Positions 32,757 to 47,430 of a stretch of DNA of 64,000 nucleotides are shown here, one piece after another; the first letter of the stretch is position 1, and each line of letters starts with the position of its first letter. Under the pieces are notes generated by a model. It saw only the letters and a list, made by a program, of their open reading frames with translations. It was not told where the DNA came from and made no database searches. The position numbers and the translations under genes are program-made. Source of the stretch: Eledone cirrhosa (Eukaryota); contig OZ024746.1 in the NCBI GenBank assembly GCA_964016885.1, positions 36,456,001 to 36,520,000 on the forward strand, in the 5' to 3' direction.

Positions 32757-32801
32757 AGTCATAGTTCTTTCGTCACACACTCTGTGACCTCTTCAGTGAC
32801 T
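32757..32801 (-). ncRNA. Minimal type I hammerhead, family I, intact core
   Basis: Minus strand reads AGTCA CTGAAGA G GTCACA GAGTG TGTGAC GAAA GAAC TA TGACT. Confidence 0.88.
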
Positions 32802-33106
32802 GGGGATTTCTTTCTTCGTTTCTTTGCCTTTCCTTTCCTCTATCCTACGCCATTTTGTTTGTGTGTGGGTTGCGTGCTCAGTTTGCGCATGCGCCACATC
32901 CGGGTGTCTGTGTGTGTTTGCGTTCATTTTTCTATTTTTCTATTTATATTGTTCTATTTGTTTGTTTATTTATTTATTTATTGTTGGTTGGTTGTTTGTT
33001 CTATGTGTGTGTGTGTTTTCATTTTGTCTTGTGTGTGTTTTCATTTTGTGTGTGTTTTCAATTGTAAGTTGTTTGTTCTATGTGTGTGTGTGTTTTCATT
33101 TTGTCC

Positions 33107-35833
33107 TTAATTGTAAGTTGTGATGTTGCTGTTCCACTCATATTTTCTATTTAATTTTGGTTTTAATTCTTTTATGCTTACTGCCTCTGTAATTTGCCTA
33201 AACATTGCGTCTTTCTTGTGTGTGGATTCTATTTTTATTTCTATGCTCTCTAATTTACCCCTGTGTTCTATCTTAGCATGTTGGTAGAGCACAGATGATT
33301 CTTTATTATCTTGGAGGTCTCGCCAGTGTTCATTTATTCGTTCCCCTATACTACGAGCTGTCTCACCTATGTACACTATATTTTTGTTTCTACATTGTCC
33401 TTCAGTACATCTTATGCTATATACTACATTTCTAGTTTTACAGTTAATATGGGGGCTTATTTTACAGGTTATACATTTCTTATCTATACATGAGGGTCTT
33501 TGGAACGGGTATGTCTTGCTAATAAGTGTTTTTACGGAGGTACCAGGTCTTTCTACTATCTTAATATTGAGATTATGTTTCTTTAGGGCCCTTCTAAATT
33601 TGTAGGCTAGTTCGCCTCTAGGGGTTGTATTGATGAACATTACACTCTGGTATTTATTGCTATCATACCATGAGTTTATTCTATTGGCCTTGTTCTTGGT
33701 TCTTTCTATTCTATTCCAAAATGTGCTCCTATACAAGGGGCAGGTCCCATTTATGTCATTATTTACCATTTTTTCCCATTTGGTTCTGGCTCCTTTATAC
33801 ACTCTGATTCTATCTCTCTGATTGTAGCCAGAGAACTGCATACGGTGGATGAAGTGTTGTATGTGTCTCTCTAGTTCTTCGGGGTTGCACATGCGGGACA
33901 CATTTCTCATCACCCGTACCAAATCCGCAATCAGTATGTTAATTTTGGTATGGTCCGAAATGGCCGAGTTTCGGTGGATCAGATGTTTGGAAGTCATGGG
34001 TTTGGCATAATGGGAATGGAGGATTTGTTTTTGGTTGTTAATTGTATCTAACCAGAGCTCTGTGTCTAGTACAGGTAATCGATGGTTGGGGTGTCTACTT
34101 GGGTAGTCTATAGTAACTCTAATGCTCTGGTGGATGGAGTTTGCTATTTGCTGGATGCTTTCCATTGTGTTTTTCTCTAGTTCCTGGCTGTTCTTTAGTG
34201 GGGGTGTCTTAACTACGATGTTTATATCATCTACGTAGCGGGAGTACATTATCAGGGTTAAGCTGTCTTCTAATTGTTCATTAAGTTTTTGTTTAAGTCT
34301 ACTGTCCCACCATACCATGAATAAGTTAGCTATGTCGCCTGCAATGCTAACACCAATGGCTGCTCCTTCCTCTTGGGCATATGTTTTACCATTAAATTTG
34401 AACATATGTTCCGTAAGGGTTAATTTTATGCTGGCCCCTACCGCATGTGCAATCATTTTCTTCAGTTCATCGTGGTTTTCGGGTGTCCGTATGGCTCTGG
34501 TCCACCCGTTCCATCTATCTGTGTGGGTTTTCTTGGCCATTGAGGTAATGGTAGGTGGTCTGCCTCTTGCTGGTCTTGTAGGGCACAGGTTGCTAAGGTC
34601 ATAAGTGTCTAGGTAACTATTACTATGGGTAAGCTTAAGTAGAAGTCCCAGCTCACTGGTATCAATCCCACGGAACTCAACCTTGCTCTCGCTGATCATT
34701 TCGACGCATTTCTCCACAGCAAAATCCACGTCAATAGATGGATACAGGGACACAACATCCAAACTGCCTATTATGCAGTTTGTTAGGTCCCCAGATCGGT
34801 TACCCGCGCCGATTCTGCTGAGGAGGTCCTCCGTGCTGTCACACACATCTGGGGACATCTCAATGATGGGGCGTATGATCAGGGAGAGGAAGTAGGACAG
34901 TCTGTAGTTACTAGCAATGTTAGCCCCACAGACTGGCCGTGTTGGTGGTCCCGCGACAGGGTCCCAGCCCGTTTTATGGTCTTTTCGAAGCCCATACAAC
35001 GCCGGCACGTCATTGTTCCAGGCCTGGAAGTTGTTGGCAGTCCTTTTGTTGGGCTGCATTATATTTGTCCACATCACCATATGGGCATTGAGGGTTTTTT
35101 CTCTATCCTCATGCTCCTGTGGTGTTACCTCTCTTGTGTTAGTGATGTGGGGTTGGGTTTGCATTGCCTGGATGTAGTTTGGCAGGCTGTCAACCGACAT
35201 TCTGCCAGACTTGTCTGTTGGAAAGCATGCTATCTCTCCATTACGCGAGCGCTGCATGAGCTTACGCAAGCCATTTGCAGATTCTTCTCCCAGTTGCTGG
35301 GCCTCTATTCTATTATGCTTTTTTCTATACTGTTCTATAATATTTCTAAGTTCGGATTTAGCTATACTAAATTGTGCTTCTGTTTGTTCATCGACCTGCG
35401 ATGGCAACTGCGTGCGTTTGTTAAATGGCAAAGTCGTGGCGTGGACTCGTCGTAGGTCGAATGATTTATCGGAGGGGTTATAAAACGGAGAGTTCCAGGC
35501 TGCTGCTTTATGTGTACTAGTGCTATTGTTATTGTTGGTTGTGTTGTTTCTATTCGTTGTGTTGTTTCTATTTCCACCAACAGCAGCAGCCTCAGCTTCA
35601 TGGTTGTTTCTATGTCTCTCATAATTACTCCTGTCTCTTTCCACTGGCTCAATGTTGTTATCTACCCTATTTTGTGTGTCTGTGTGTTCGTCTTGGTTAT
35701 TTTCTTTGTCCTTAGTCTCCCTTTTCCTTTTAATCCTATTACTTTCTCTTATTTCTCTGATTTCTGTGCTACTGTCATTACTTGTTTTCTGTGTCTGTGT
35801 GTTTGTTAAGATTGTGGTGGTGGTGGGAGGCAT
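33107..35833 (-). CDS. PLE reverse transcriptase + GIY-YIG endonuclease (908 aa, uninterrupted)
   Basis: PTDKSG, LYGLRKDHK, PTRPV, SLDVVSLYPSI, QEEGAAIG, YSRYVDD, LPVLD, Cys cluster, VVYSIRC..VYIGETARS..ER..EH, EAVSI..LN. Confidence 0.93.
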   Translation of the reverse strand: MPPTTTTILTNTQTQKTSNDSSTEIREIRESNRIKRKRETKDKENNQDEHTDTQNRVDNNIEPVERDRSNYERHRNNHEAEAAAVGGNRNNTTNRNNTTNNNNSTSTHKAAAWNSPFYNPSDKSFDLRRVHATTLPFNKRTQLPSQVDEQTEAQFSIAKSELRNIIEQYRKKHNRIEAQQLGEESANGLRKLMQRSRNGEIACFPTDKSGRMSVDSLPNYIQAMQTQPHITNTREVTPQEHEDREKTLNAHMVMWTNIMQPNKRTANNFQAWNNDVPALYGLRKDHKTGWDPVAGPPTRPVCGANIASNYRLSYFLSLIIRPIIEMSPDVCDSTEDLLSRIGAGNRSGDLTNCIIGSLDVVSLYPSIDVDFAVEKCVEMISESKVEFRGIDTSELGLLLKLTHSNSYLDTYDLSNLCPTRPARGRPPTITSMAKKTHTDRWNGWTRAIRTPENHDELKKMIAHAVGASIKLTLTEHMFKFNGKTYAQEEGAAIGVSIAGDIANLFMVWWDSRLKQKLNEQLEDSLTLIMYSRYVDDINIVVKTPPLKNSQELEKNTMESIQQIANSIHQSIRVTIDYPSRHPNHRLPVLDTELWLDTINNQKQILHSHYAKPMTSKHLIHRNSAISDHTKINILIADLVRVMRNVSRMCNPEELERHIQHFIHRMQFSGYNQRDRIRVYKGARTKWEKMVNNDINGTCPLYRSTFWNRIERTKNKANRINSWYDSNKYQSVMFINTTPRGELAYKFRRALKKHNLNIKIVERPGTSVKTLISKTYPFQRPSCIDKKCITCKISPHINCKTRNVVYSIRCTEGQCRNKNIVYIGETARSIGERINEHWRDLQDNKESSVLYQHAKIEHRGKLESIEIKIESTHKKDAMFRQITEAVSIKELKPKLNRKYEWNSNITTYN

Positions 35834-36924
35834 TGAATGCGTGTGTGTTGTTGTTGTTGATGTGTGTTGTTGTTGTCTCCGTGTGTGTGTGTGTTATCGT
35901 TGTTGTGTGTGTTGTTATTGTTGTTTGTGTTTGCGTGTCTGTTGTTGTTGTATCTGGGTATGTTGCTATTGTTGTTGTTGTTGATGTGTGTGTTGTTATT
36001 GTTGTCTCCGTGTGTGTTGTTATTGTTGTTTGTGTCTGCGTGTCTATTGTATCTGGGTATGTTGCTATTGTTGTTGTTGTATCTGGGTATGTTGCTATTG
36101 TTGTTGTTGTTGTTTGTGTCTCTGTGTCTGTTGTTGTTGGGATGTGTGTTGTATATGTGTGTGCGTATATTGTTGCTTTTGTTTTTGTTTTTGATGCTCC
36201 AGCGTAGTTTCGTAAATGATTTTTCTATTTCTGACAGACAACTAATCATATTTACCTTCTTGAATGTCGCAAATTTGGGTGGCAGACGTAACACAGACAT
36301 TTCATTATTATGTATTTCCGTGTGTCCATAAATGTTGGTATTTTCATTGTTGAACTCTTCAGATAATGAGGTGTCGGCCATGTTGATACCGTCAATTATG
36401 TCGGGATATCTATTGGTATACTCTATAGTATCCCGATTTAGCTTTGCCTGTTTAAGCCACTTTAATTTTCTGTTAAAGTGCTTATTACATTCTTGAGTAA
36501 TGTACTGTTCTTCGGGGCGTATAAGGCTTATAAATGTTAGTTTTTCTGCTGGTGTGGTGATTTTAGATATTTCTTGTATTAGGTTACGCTTTAGTTTTTC
36601 TTGATGACTTAGTTCTCTATAGATCTTCTTTTTTATGTTTAGAATTAAAGTTCGTTTTAGCCTATCTGCTTGTTTTTTGGTGAGTTGTAATCTTCTAACG
36701 TCGGTATTGATGGTGTTGGTGTAGATTCTAGAAGTGGTGCACAGTTTTATGAAGCGTAGTTGTCGAGATGTTATGGTTTTTCGTAGACAACAGAACATGG
36801 TGGTTTTCAGTATCTTGTTAGCCTGGCTAAGGCTTACGATATTTCGTTTCTGAATTTGTTTAGCAAGATTCTTTATCTGAAATCGTGTGTTGAAACCGAT
36901 ATTGTTATACTTTGGGAGGGTCAT
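35806..36924 (-). CDS. N-terminal part of the same PLE ORF, separated by a frameshift in an Asn/Thr-rich repeat
   Basis: In the second copy (55804-57996) this region reads through into the RT frame. Likely start ATG at MTLPKYNN. Confidence 0.75.
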   Translation of the reverse strand: MTLPKYNNIGFNTRFQIKNLAKQIQKRNIVSLSQANKILKTTMFCCLRKTITSRQLRFIKLCTTSRIYTNTINTDVRRLQLTKKQADRLKRTLILNIKKKIYRELSHQEKLKRNLIQEISKITTPAEKLTFISLIRPEEQYITQECNKHFNRKLKWLKQAKLNRDTIEYTNRYPDIIDGINMADTSLSEEFNNENTNIYGHTEIHNNEMSVLRLPPKFATFKKVNMISCLSEIEKSFTKLRWSIKNKNKSNNIRTHIYNTHPNNNRHRDTNNNNNNSNIPRYNNNNSNIPRYNRHADTNNNNNTHGDNNNNTHINNNNNSNIPRYNNNRHANTNNNNNTHNNDNTHTHGDNNNTHQQQQHTRIQCLPPPPQS

Positions 36925-37057
36925 GTTGCCAAGAAGAAACACGCGCACCAGTTGCTTTCACTTCAATTTAATTTATTATATATTTATAAATTTACAAATT
37001 TATAAATTTCTGGTTGGTTGGTTGGTTCCACAACCAGATAGTTGTTTATATATATAT

Positions 37058-37102
37058 AGTCATAGTTCTTTCGTCACACACTCTGTGACCTCTTCAGTGA
37101 CT
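37058..37102 (-). ncRNA. Minimal type I hammerhead, family I (upstream pseudo-LTR)
   Basis: Identical to 32757-32801. Confidence 0.88.
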
Positions 37103-38365
37103 GGGGATTTCTTTCTTCGTTTCTGTGCCTTTCCTTTCCTCTATCCTACGCCATTTTGTTTGTGTGTGGGTTGCGTGCTCAGTTTGCGCATGCGCCACAT
37201 CCGGGTGTCTGTGTGTGTTTGTGTTCATTTTTCTATTTTTCTATTTATATTTTTCTATTTGTTTGTTTATTTATTTATTTATTGTTGGTTGGTTGTTTGT
37301 TCTATGTGTGTGTGTGTTTTCATTTTGTCTTGTGTGTGTTTTCATTTTGTGTGTGTTTTCAATTGTAAGTTGTTTGTTCTATGTGTGTGTGTGTTTTCAT
37401 TTTGTCCTTAATTGTAAGTTGTGATGTTGCTGTTCCACTCATATTTTCTATTTAATTTTGGTTTTAATTCTTTTATGCTTACTGCCTCTGTAATTTGCCT
37501 AAACATTGCGTCTTTCTTGTGTGTGGATTCTATTTTTATTTCTATGCTCTCTAATTTACCCCTGTGTTCTATCTTAGCATGTTGGTAGAGCACAGATGAT
37601 TCTTTATTATCTTGGAGGTCTCGCCAGTGTTCATTTATTCGTTCCCCTATACTACGAGCTGTCTCACCTATGTACACTATATTTTTGTTTCTACATTGTC
37701 CTTCAGTACATTTTATGCTATATACTACATTTCTAGTTTTACAGTTAATATGGGGGCTTATTTTACAGGTTATACATTTCTTATCTATACATGAGGGTCT
37801 TTGGAACGGGTATGTCTTGCTAATAAGTGTTTTTACGGAGGTACCAGGTCTTTCTACTATCTTAATATTGAGATTATGTTTCTTTAGGGCCCTTCTAAAT
37901 TTGATGAACGTTACACTCTGGTATTTATTGCTATCATACCATGAGTTTATTCTATTGGCCTTGTTCTTAGTTCTTTCTATTCTATTCCAAAATTTGCTCC
38001 TATACAAGGGGCAGGTCCCATTTATGTCATTATTTACCATTTTTTCCCATTTGGTTCTGGCTCCTTTATACACTCTGATTCTATCTCTCTGATTGTAGCC
38101 AGAGAACTGCATACGGTGGATGAAGTGTTGTATGTGTCTCTCTAGTTCTTCGGGGTTGCACATGCGGGACACATTTCTCATCACCCGTACCAAATCCGCA
38201 ATCAGTATGTTGATTTTGGTATGGTCCGAAATGGCCGAGTTGCGGTGGATCAGATGTTTGGAAGTCATACACACATATACATACACATATACACACATAC
38301 ATATACACAGACATATATATATACACATATATATACACACATATATACACACATACACACACACA

Positions 38366-38460
<95 letters not shown>

Positions 38461-38552
38461 ATATATATATACACACCTGCCCACACAACTATATATATAT
38501 ATATATATATATATAAATACACACACACACACATACATACATACACACACAC

Positions 38553-38587
<35 letters not shown>

Positions 38588-38786
38588 TACATATACATAT
38601 ATATATATATATATATATACACATACACATACACACACATAAACATACATACATGCATACACATACATACATACATACATACATACACATATATACACAT
38701 ATATATATATATATATACATATATATACACATATATACATACATATACATACATAAATATACACACATAAAACATATATACACACA

Positions 38787-38856
<70 letters not shown>

Positions 38857-38939
38857 TACATATACACACATGCAAACAAATATATACACATACAAATAAA
38901 TAGGTACTCAATAAATATACGCATATACGCAGGCACATA

Positions 38940-39790
38940 AAGACACCTCTACAGGCAGAAAATGTAGATACGAAAGAGGTACTCACATAACCATAGTGGC
39001 CGTATTTCAGGTTGAGGAGGGGTGGGGGTAGGGTGGGGAGGAGGTATAGGGGCCAATAGGGGGAGGTCGTTTTTAGCCATCGGGCTTTAACACTGGCTTA
39101 AAGTGTTTGAAAGTTGCAAAGTTCTTGTGCATGCAGTTCGGGCAGTGTTCAGAGAGTGTGTTCAGTAGCGGGCTCTTGGCGAATAAAATTTCGTAGCTCT
39201 CTGAAATACAAAGGTCGCAACCCTTGTGTCCTCCGTTGTAAGAGCGCGCTTCCTGGAGTATTTTCCAATTAAGCGTGAAGGGGGTGGCGTTCCTTTTGAG
39301 GTCCCAAACGTAGGAGGCGATTGTTGTCTGATTTGATTTATCCGGTCCTCTGAAGGAATGGTATGGGCATACCAACGGGTCTTAAAGTTGTTGGAGGTCA
39401 TGCCGATGTAAGTTTTTTTGCAATCCTCGGTGCCTGAGATGACATCGCATTTGTATACGATGTCATTTGTGAGGCATTTGTTTTCAAGTGGGCATGCTTC
39501 CTTATTTAGGCAATTACATAGAGCCCCAGTCCGGGGATTGGTTTCGGAGGTGGTTGGCTTATTTAGTTTAGAATTGTGGTTGGCTATATTCCTAGCTAGG
39601 TTAGGTGTGGTAGAGTAAGACAGTCTTATAGTGTTCTTATTAAAGATGGTGTAGTACCTATGTTGTATGGGGAAGTGTCATTTCAGTAAAGTGAAGAAAA
39701 ATCCTAGCTATCGGAGTAGATACCTCTCTATTGAAGGGAGGGTTGTACCAGCTAATCTGCCTATGTCTATTCCTCCTCTGCAATCTTGCG
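38940..39790 (-). mobile_element. 5'-truncated Naiad-like PLE fragment (GIY-YIG domain)
   Basis: WYNPPF, HFP..IFNKNT.RLSYS, CNCLNKEACPLENKCL..IVY..YIGMT..FKTR, CDLCISE..LLN..CMH. Frameshifted. Confidence 0.88.
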
Positions 39791-39941
39791 GTTTCGACGG
39801 CTAATTCTGAGAATTAGCCGTCGAAACGGCTTGAGCTCGGCTGTCGGAGTCTTACTGGTTCCTATTACCCACTCTACTACCTCAAGTATTGAGTACTTTG
39901 GTGCGTTATGGTCCACCTGGTTCCCTACCACATTTCCTTCG

Positions 39942-39983
<42 letters not shown>

Positions 39984-40213
39984 GTATGTATGTATGTGTA
40001 TATATGTGTGTGTGTATGTGTGTGTATATGTGTATATATAATATGTATATGTGTGTGTAAATATATGTATGTATATGTGTATATATGTATATATATGTGT
40101 ATATATATATATGTATATATATGTGTATATATGTATGTACATACGTGTATATATGTGTGTATATATATGTTTATATGTTTGTATGTGTATATGTATGTTT
40201 GTATGTGTGTATG

Positions 40214-40300
<87 letters not shown>

Positions 40301-40471
40301 GTGTGTGTATGTATATGTGTGTATATTTTTTTATATATATGTATATATTTGTGTGTATGTGTATATATATATATATATATACATATATATATGTGTATGT
40401 GTGTGTATGTATGTGTGTATATATATATATATATATATGTATATGTGTGGGTGTGTGTATATATGTGTGTG

Positions 40472-40576
<105 letters not shown>

Positions 40577-40629
40577 GTATGTATGGTGCTTTTTCCTTAT
40601 ATATGTGTATGTGTGTGTATGTGTGTGTA

Positions 40630-40670
<41 letters not shown>

Positions 40671-40683
40671 GTATGTGTATGTA

Positions 40684-40714
<31 letters not shown>

Positions 40715-40772
40715 TTGTTTATGTGTGTATATATATATATATATATATGTGTATGTGTATGTATGTATGTGT

Positions 40773-40808
<36 letters not shown>

Positions 40809-40925
40809 TAATAAGAGGAATTCCAACTTTGTCTGATTTACTCGTTTTATTTACAATCCTTTAAAATATATATAATGGTATTATAATGAAATAGTATGAT
40901 AGAATATTAAATTCTTAGTGTTAAT

Positions 40926-40964
40926 TGAACAAGTACTTTCATGCTTTCGCAATCTTCAGGTTCA
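40926..40964 (-). ncRNA. Minimal type I hammerhead, family J
   Basis: Minus strand reads TGAAC CTGAAGA T TGC GAAA GCA T GAAA GTAC TT GTTCA. Stem I is 5 bp, stem II has a GAAA tetraloop, stem III is the palindrome AGTACT. Confidence 0.85.
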
Positions 40965-41349
40965 TGATATGTGGTGACAGTCGAGTTTGCAATTTTCAAC
41001 TGTAATGAGATGGGTAAATTTCCTACCTTTTATACATTTTATACAGAGAAAAGTGGCTCCAGAATGCAAAGCCCTGTAAACTGTATTTCGACCAATCAGT
41101 GTGTAGTTTCACTGAATTACTACAGCTGATTGGTTTAAGCGTCACGGCTGGTTGAGCATGCTAACGACCAATAGTCATATCCAACGTATCAATTGTTTTG
41201 CTTTTTTGAAATGATGAACAACAACAACAACAACAATAATAATAATAATAAAAGTGATGTTGATGGTGATGATCAATAGAAAATGCTATTTTCATCATTT
41301 GAATGGGCCTTCACTCTACATCAGACTATAGGTGAGGAAGATGAAAGAC

Positions 41350-41595
41350 CAAGGGAGCACCCCTTCTCTGTGCTCCTGAGGAGAAGGGTTGCACACTTTT
41401 TTCGGGGGTGTGTGCGACCCCCCAAGGCGCCTCCTCTCTATTGAGGATTTTGTTAAAAATTTTATTTTTTGTGTAATCTTATTTTATTTTTATATTTTGT
41501 TATTGCCTCCTCCTTATTGAGGACGCCTTTTTGTGTAAACTCCCCCCTTTGTACTTGTCCCACTTTTGATGCCCTGGTGGCAAATAAAAGAAATC
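41350..41595 (+). mobile_element. Possible LINE 3' UTR fragment
   Basis: T-rich tract, then ccctggtggcAAATAAAagaaat directly before a simple-repeat tail. No coding evidence. Confidence 0.35.
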
Positions 41596-41599
41596 TATA

Positions 41600-41636
<37 letters not shown>

Positions 41637-41827
41637 ATATGTGTCTGTGTATGTGTATGTATATATGTCTATATGTATTTGTGTGTATATGTATACACAT
41701 GTATATTTGTGTTTGTATGTATGCGTGTGAGTGTATTTATTTGTGTATATATGTGTCTGTGTGTATGTATATGTATGTGTGTGTGTATGTGTATATATGT
41801 ATGTGTGTGTATATATGTGTATATACT

Positions 41828-41866
<39 letters not shown>

Positions 41867-42457
41867 GTGTGTATGTATGTGTGTGTACATGAATATATTT
41901 TTTTATATATGTGTGTGTGTTTTTATGTGTGTATTTGTGTTTGTGTGTGTGTTTATGGTTGCGCGTATTTGTGTGAGTGAGTATGTGTTTTTATGTTTTT
42001 TTGTGAATGTGTCTGTTGATTTTTGGCATATAGTTGATTAGTTTAAGAGAAGTTCGAAGATAATAGTAAGATATGCACTCAGTATTTTGAATCTGTCTGC
42101 AGAATTCTCTAGACCTTTGTTACTTAGTAGAACCTTAATGATTTAGCTTTTAAAGAATCTCCCTTTTCTTTAATTCTATCGACCATGACTGACCCCCCCA
42201 CTGATTTTATAGACATCTGTTAGCTTAAGAGAAACTTAATGACAAGGAATGGTATGCCATCCGGAACCTGTTTATAGAATTCTGTCTACCCTTGTTACCC
42301 TAAAAACATAAATAAATAAAAATAAACTATAGCTTTGTAGAATTAGCTTTTAATGAATTCCCTTTTCTATCAACCAATGACCTGCACCCATCCCACTCCC
42401 CACCCTCTCCTACCACTTGTAGAGACCTATAAATACCATATTTATTTTTTGATACCC

Positions 42458-42508
42458 AGATTCCTGATGATTTCTAATGAATGAAACAGTTCTAGTCCTG
42501 TAGAATCT
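42458..42508 (+). ncRNA. Type I hammerhead, family G, second copy
   Basis: AGATTC CTGATGA TTTC TAAT GAAT GAAA CAG..CTG TA GAATCT. GUA triplet at 42500-42502. Confidence 0.9.
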
Positions 42509-42524
42509 CATCTATATTAAAACT

Positions 42525-45330
<2,806 letters not shown>

Positions 45331-45366
45331 TATAAGAACAAAAGATGGTTAAAGGAGTTCCATGTA

Positions 45367-45434
45367 TTTTATTATGCGCATTTCAAAAAATAAATATCAT
45401 CATACAATAATATTTGTGTTTTCATCAGATAAAA
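45367..45434 (-). ncRNA. Type I hammerhead, family D (in fragment 45331-45490)
   Basis: Reverse complement of the 8974-9040 motif with an intact core. Confidence 0.85.
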
Positions 45435-45849
45435 CAGGAGGACATGATATGAAGGCTAAAAAACACTTGTGGAGAGTTCAGTTCTAAATACATATACAAT
45501 TATTTCAGTTTTAAATACATATATATTTATATATTTATATATATATATGTGTTAGTGTGTGTGTGTGTGGGCTCGTGTGAGTGTGTGTATGTGTATGTGT
45601 GAGAATATAGAATATATGATTGATCAGTACTAATATAATTAATTACACTGATAGATATATTGATCTTTGAGAGTTTATGTAAGGGGTGGTTGGCATCAGC
45701 AGAAAGTTTATCTCTAAAGGAAATTAATACGCATACATACGGTGATTTTAGGATCATATCAGAAATAAATAAGCTCATTAAACTCATATTAGATTATTAT
45801 TTTATTTCAGGAGATGTGGAACTCCTGGATTCTTGAATAAGTATCTGAC

Positions 45850-47250
45850 CTCCTGTCAGGGATGATGTGAGGGTGGTGTTTGAACTGAAAAATGATTCAG
45901 CAATATACAAGAATGACAGAATGACAGTCACAAACTCACTGGAAATATGCGTGAATACAGCAATAAGGGAATAGAACACGAACAAGCCTACAGATATCTA
46001 GGTTTCAATGGAATGCCACCTAAGAGTACGTGCAATCACTGCAATCACTGTCGTCACCTGCAGTTTGAATATTCTAAATTAGTATGTTATGCAATATTAA
46101 GAGAATGTTCAGCAACATCTGGAAACATTTGACCTGTAATAGTATACATCACCCCCAAACAGATGTGAATCGCGACTATCTAACTAGAGAAAATGGAGAT
46201 AGATGAAGGATCCACATAGATATTTCATACATGATTCAATCAGTATCTTAAGACTTAAGATGACTGGAGGATGAAAATGGTCGCAGTTCACGAAATGGTA
46301 AAGGAATTAAATTCAGACAACAGAAGAAACTGTGCTGAGTAACCTCGAATAGAGTATGAAAATAATAATTGCAAAAAAAAAAGCCGGAAAGAAAAAACAT
46401 AAAGGCCAACAGAAACTGTACACTAGATGAGAACAGAAACCACAGAATGATCAATAGTTTCTCCGGAGCAAAATCGTGATGGAAATCCAGCTCCCACTGA
46501 TCTGTAGCTGGGGAGTTCTGGACTAAAAGCACAGTTAATGCTTCATTTTAGCTGCACAAACCAGTGTCTCATCACGCGCAAATTTCAAGCCGATGTGATC
46601 AGAAATAGAATTGAACAACAGTGTTGATTCTTTGATGATAATGTTGAGTTGATTAGCCACCTGGATTCAGGTTGCAATGTCTTATTTGTCCAGGAATATA
46701 AAACGATAAATGATAGAGTGGCGCCCTATTTAATATGGTAATGTGCACGAATATGGCCAGCTTTTCCATATTCAAATAATCAACAAATAATTAACGCTCT
46801 AAATGTCTGAATACTATAAATGTAATCTGAGTTTTTCCATTATAAATAAGCTTTTAAGCCATGTTAGTAGAATGAGCATCTCATTATTGCTCTTGTGTTG
46901 ACATATAAGCAGAACTGCAGGCACTAATATTTCTGGCCTATTAGCCTACATCCGTGCAGTTTACTGCTCACCTGACAACTGCCAGGTGCTTTGAAGGATG
47001 GCCTTAAAAAAAGCAGATTAAGTAAATATTTTGCACATCCCACAGATTAACTTGTTACTAGTGAAAAAGACTTTGTAGGATCATTCACCCATTTTGGTTC
47101 TGTCGATAGTAAAATTTGGTGCAAACATGAGCCAGCCCTGTCAGAAGACCTGTTTTTCTATTAAGAGATTTCTAACTCTTGAATTGAGCTAGTGACTGCC
47201 AAGCATTACCCCAGTATTTTAGGTGCAAGTACACACTGACAAACAAAACC
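45850..47250 (+). mobile_element. Heavily decayed R4/Dong-like element remnant
   Basis: Scattered motifs in the expected order: YRYLG (~45989), HP..DVNR.YL.RE.G (~46150), AAQ..L.TRNF (~46550), HL.SGC..EYK.R.DRV (~46660). No ORF. Confidence 0.55.
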
Positions 47251-47430
47251 ATGCATCCACATATACATTACATTTTTTCCAGTTTTACACAAACACACAA
47301 ACACTATATATGTATATTGAATGAAAACAGTTTAAAGACAAAACATTAAAATGTCTAAAGATGAAACAAGAAATAACATTTAAATAAATAAAAGGCATGT
47401 ATTGAAATACATACGTATGTACACAAACTA

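Larger units (their letters stand above)
32601..38268 (-). mobile_element. Penelope-like element, family I, full unit plus 1.37 kb upstream pseudo-LTR
   Basis: 36902-38268 repeats 32601-33997 with a 30 bp deletion. Each repeat contains a hammerhead. RT+GIY-YIG ORF. Ends in (TA)n. Confidence 0.95.

Noticed and set aside
32601-33123. Plus-strand hydrophobic ORFs repeated at 36887, 54719 and 58800
   Set aside because: They are antisense readings of the GT-rich PLE 3' UTR, repeated only because the pseudo-LTR is repeated.
35850-36150. Regularly spaced ~30 bp repeats as a CRISPR-like array
   Set aside because: This is a low-complexity coding minisatellite (Asn/Thr-rich) inside the PLE ORF, with no unique spacers and no cas genes, in a eukaryotic context.
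39675-39685. In-frame TGA in the second Naiad-like fragment (LLK*HFP)
   Set aside because: It is not at a conserved Cys position and is most likely CGA>TGA decay. No SECIS-like hairpin was recognised downstream.
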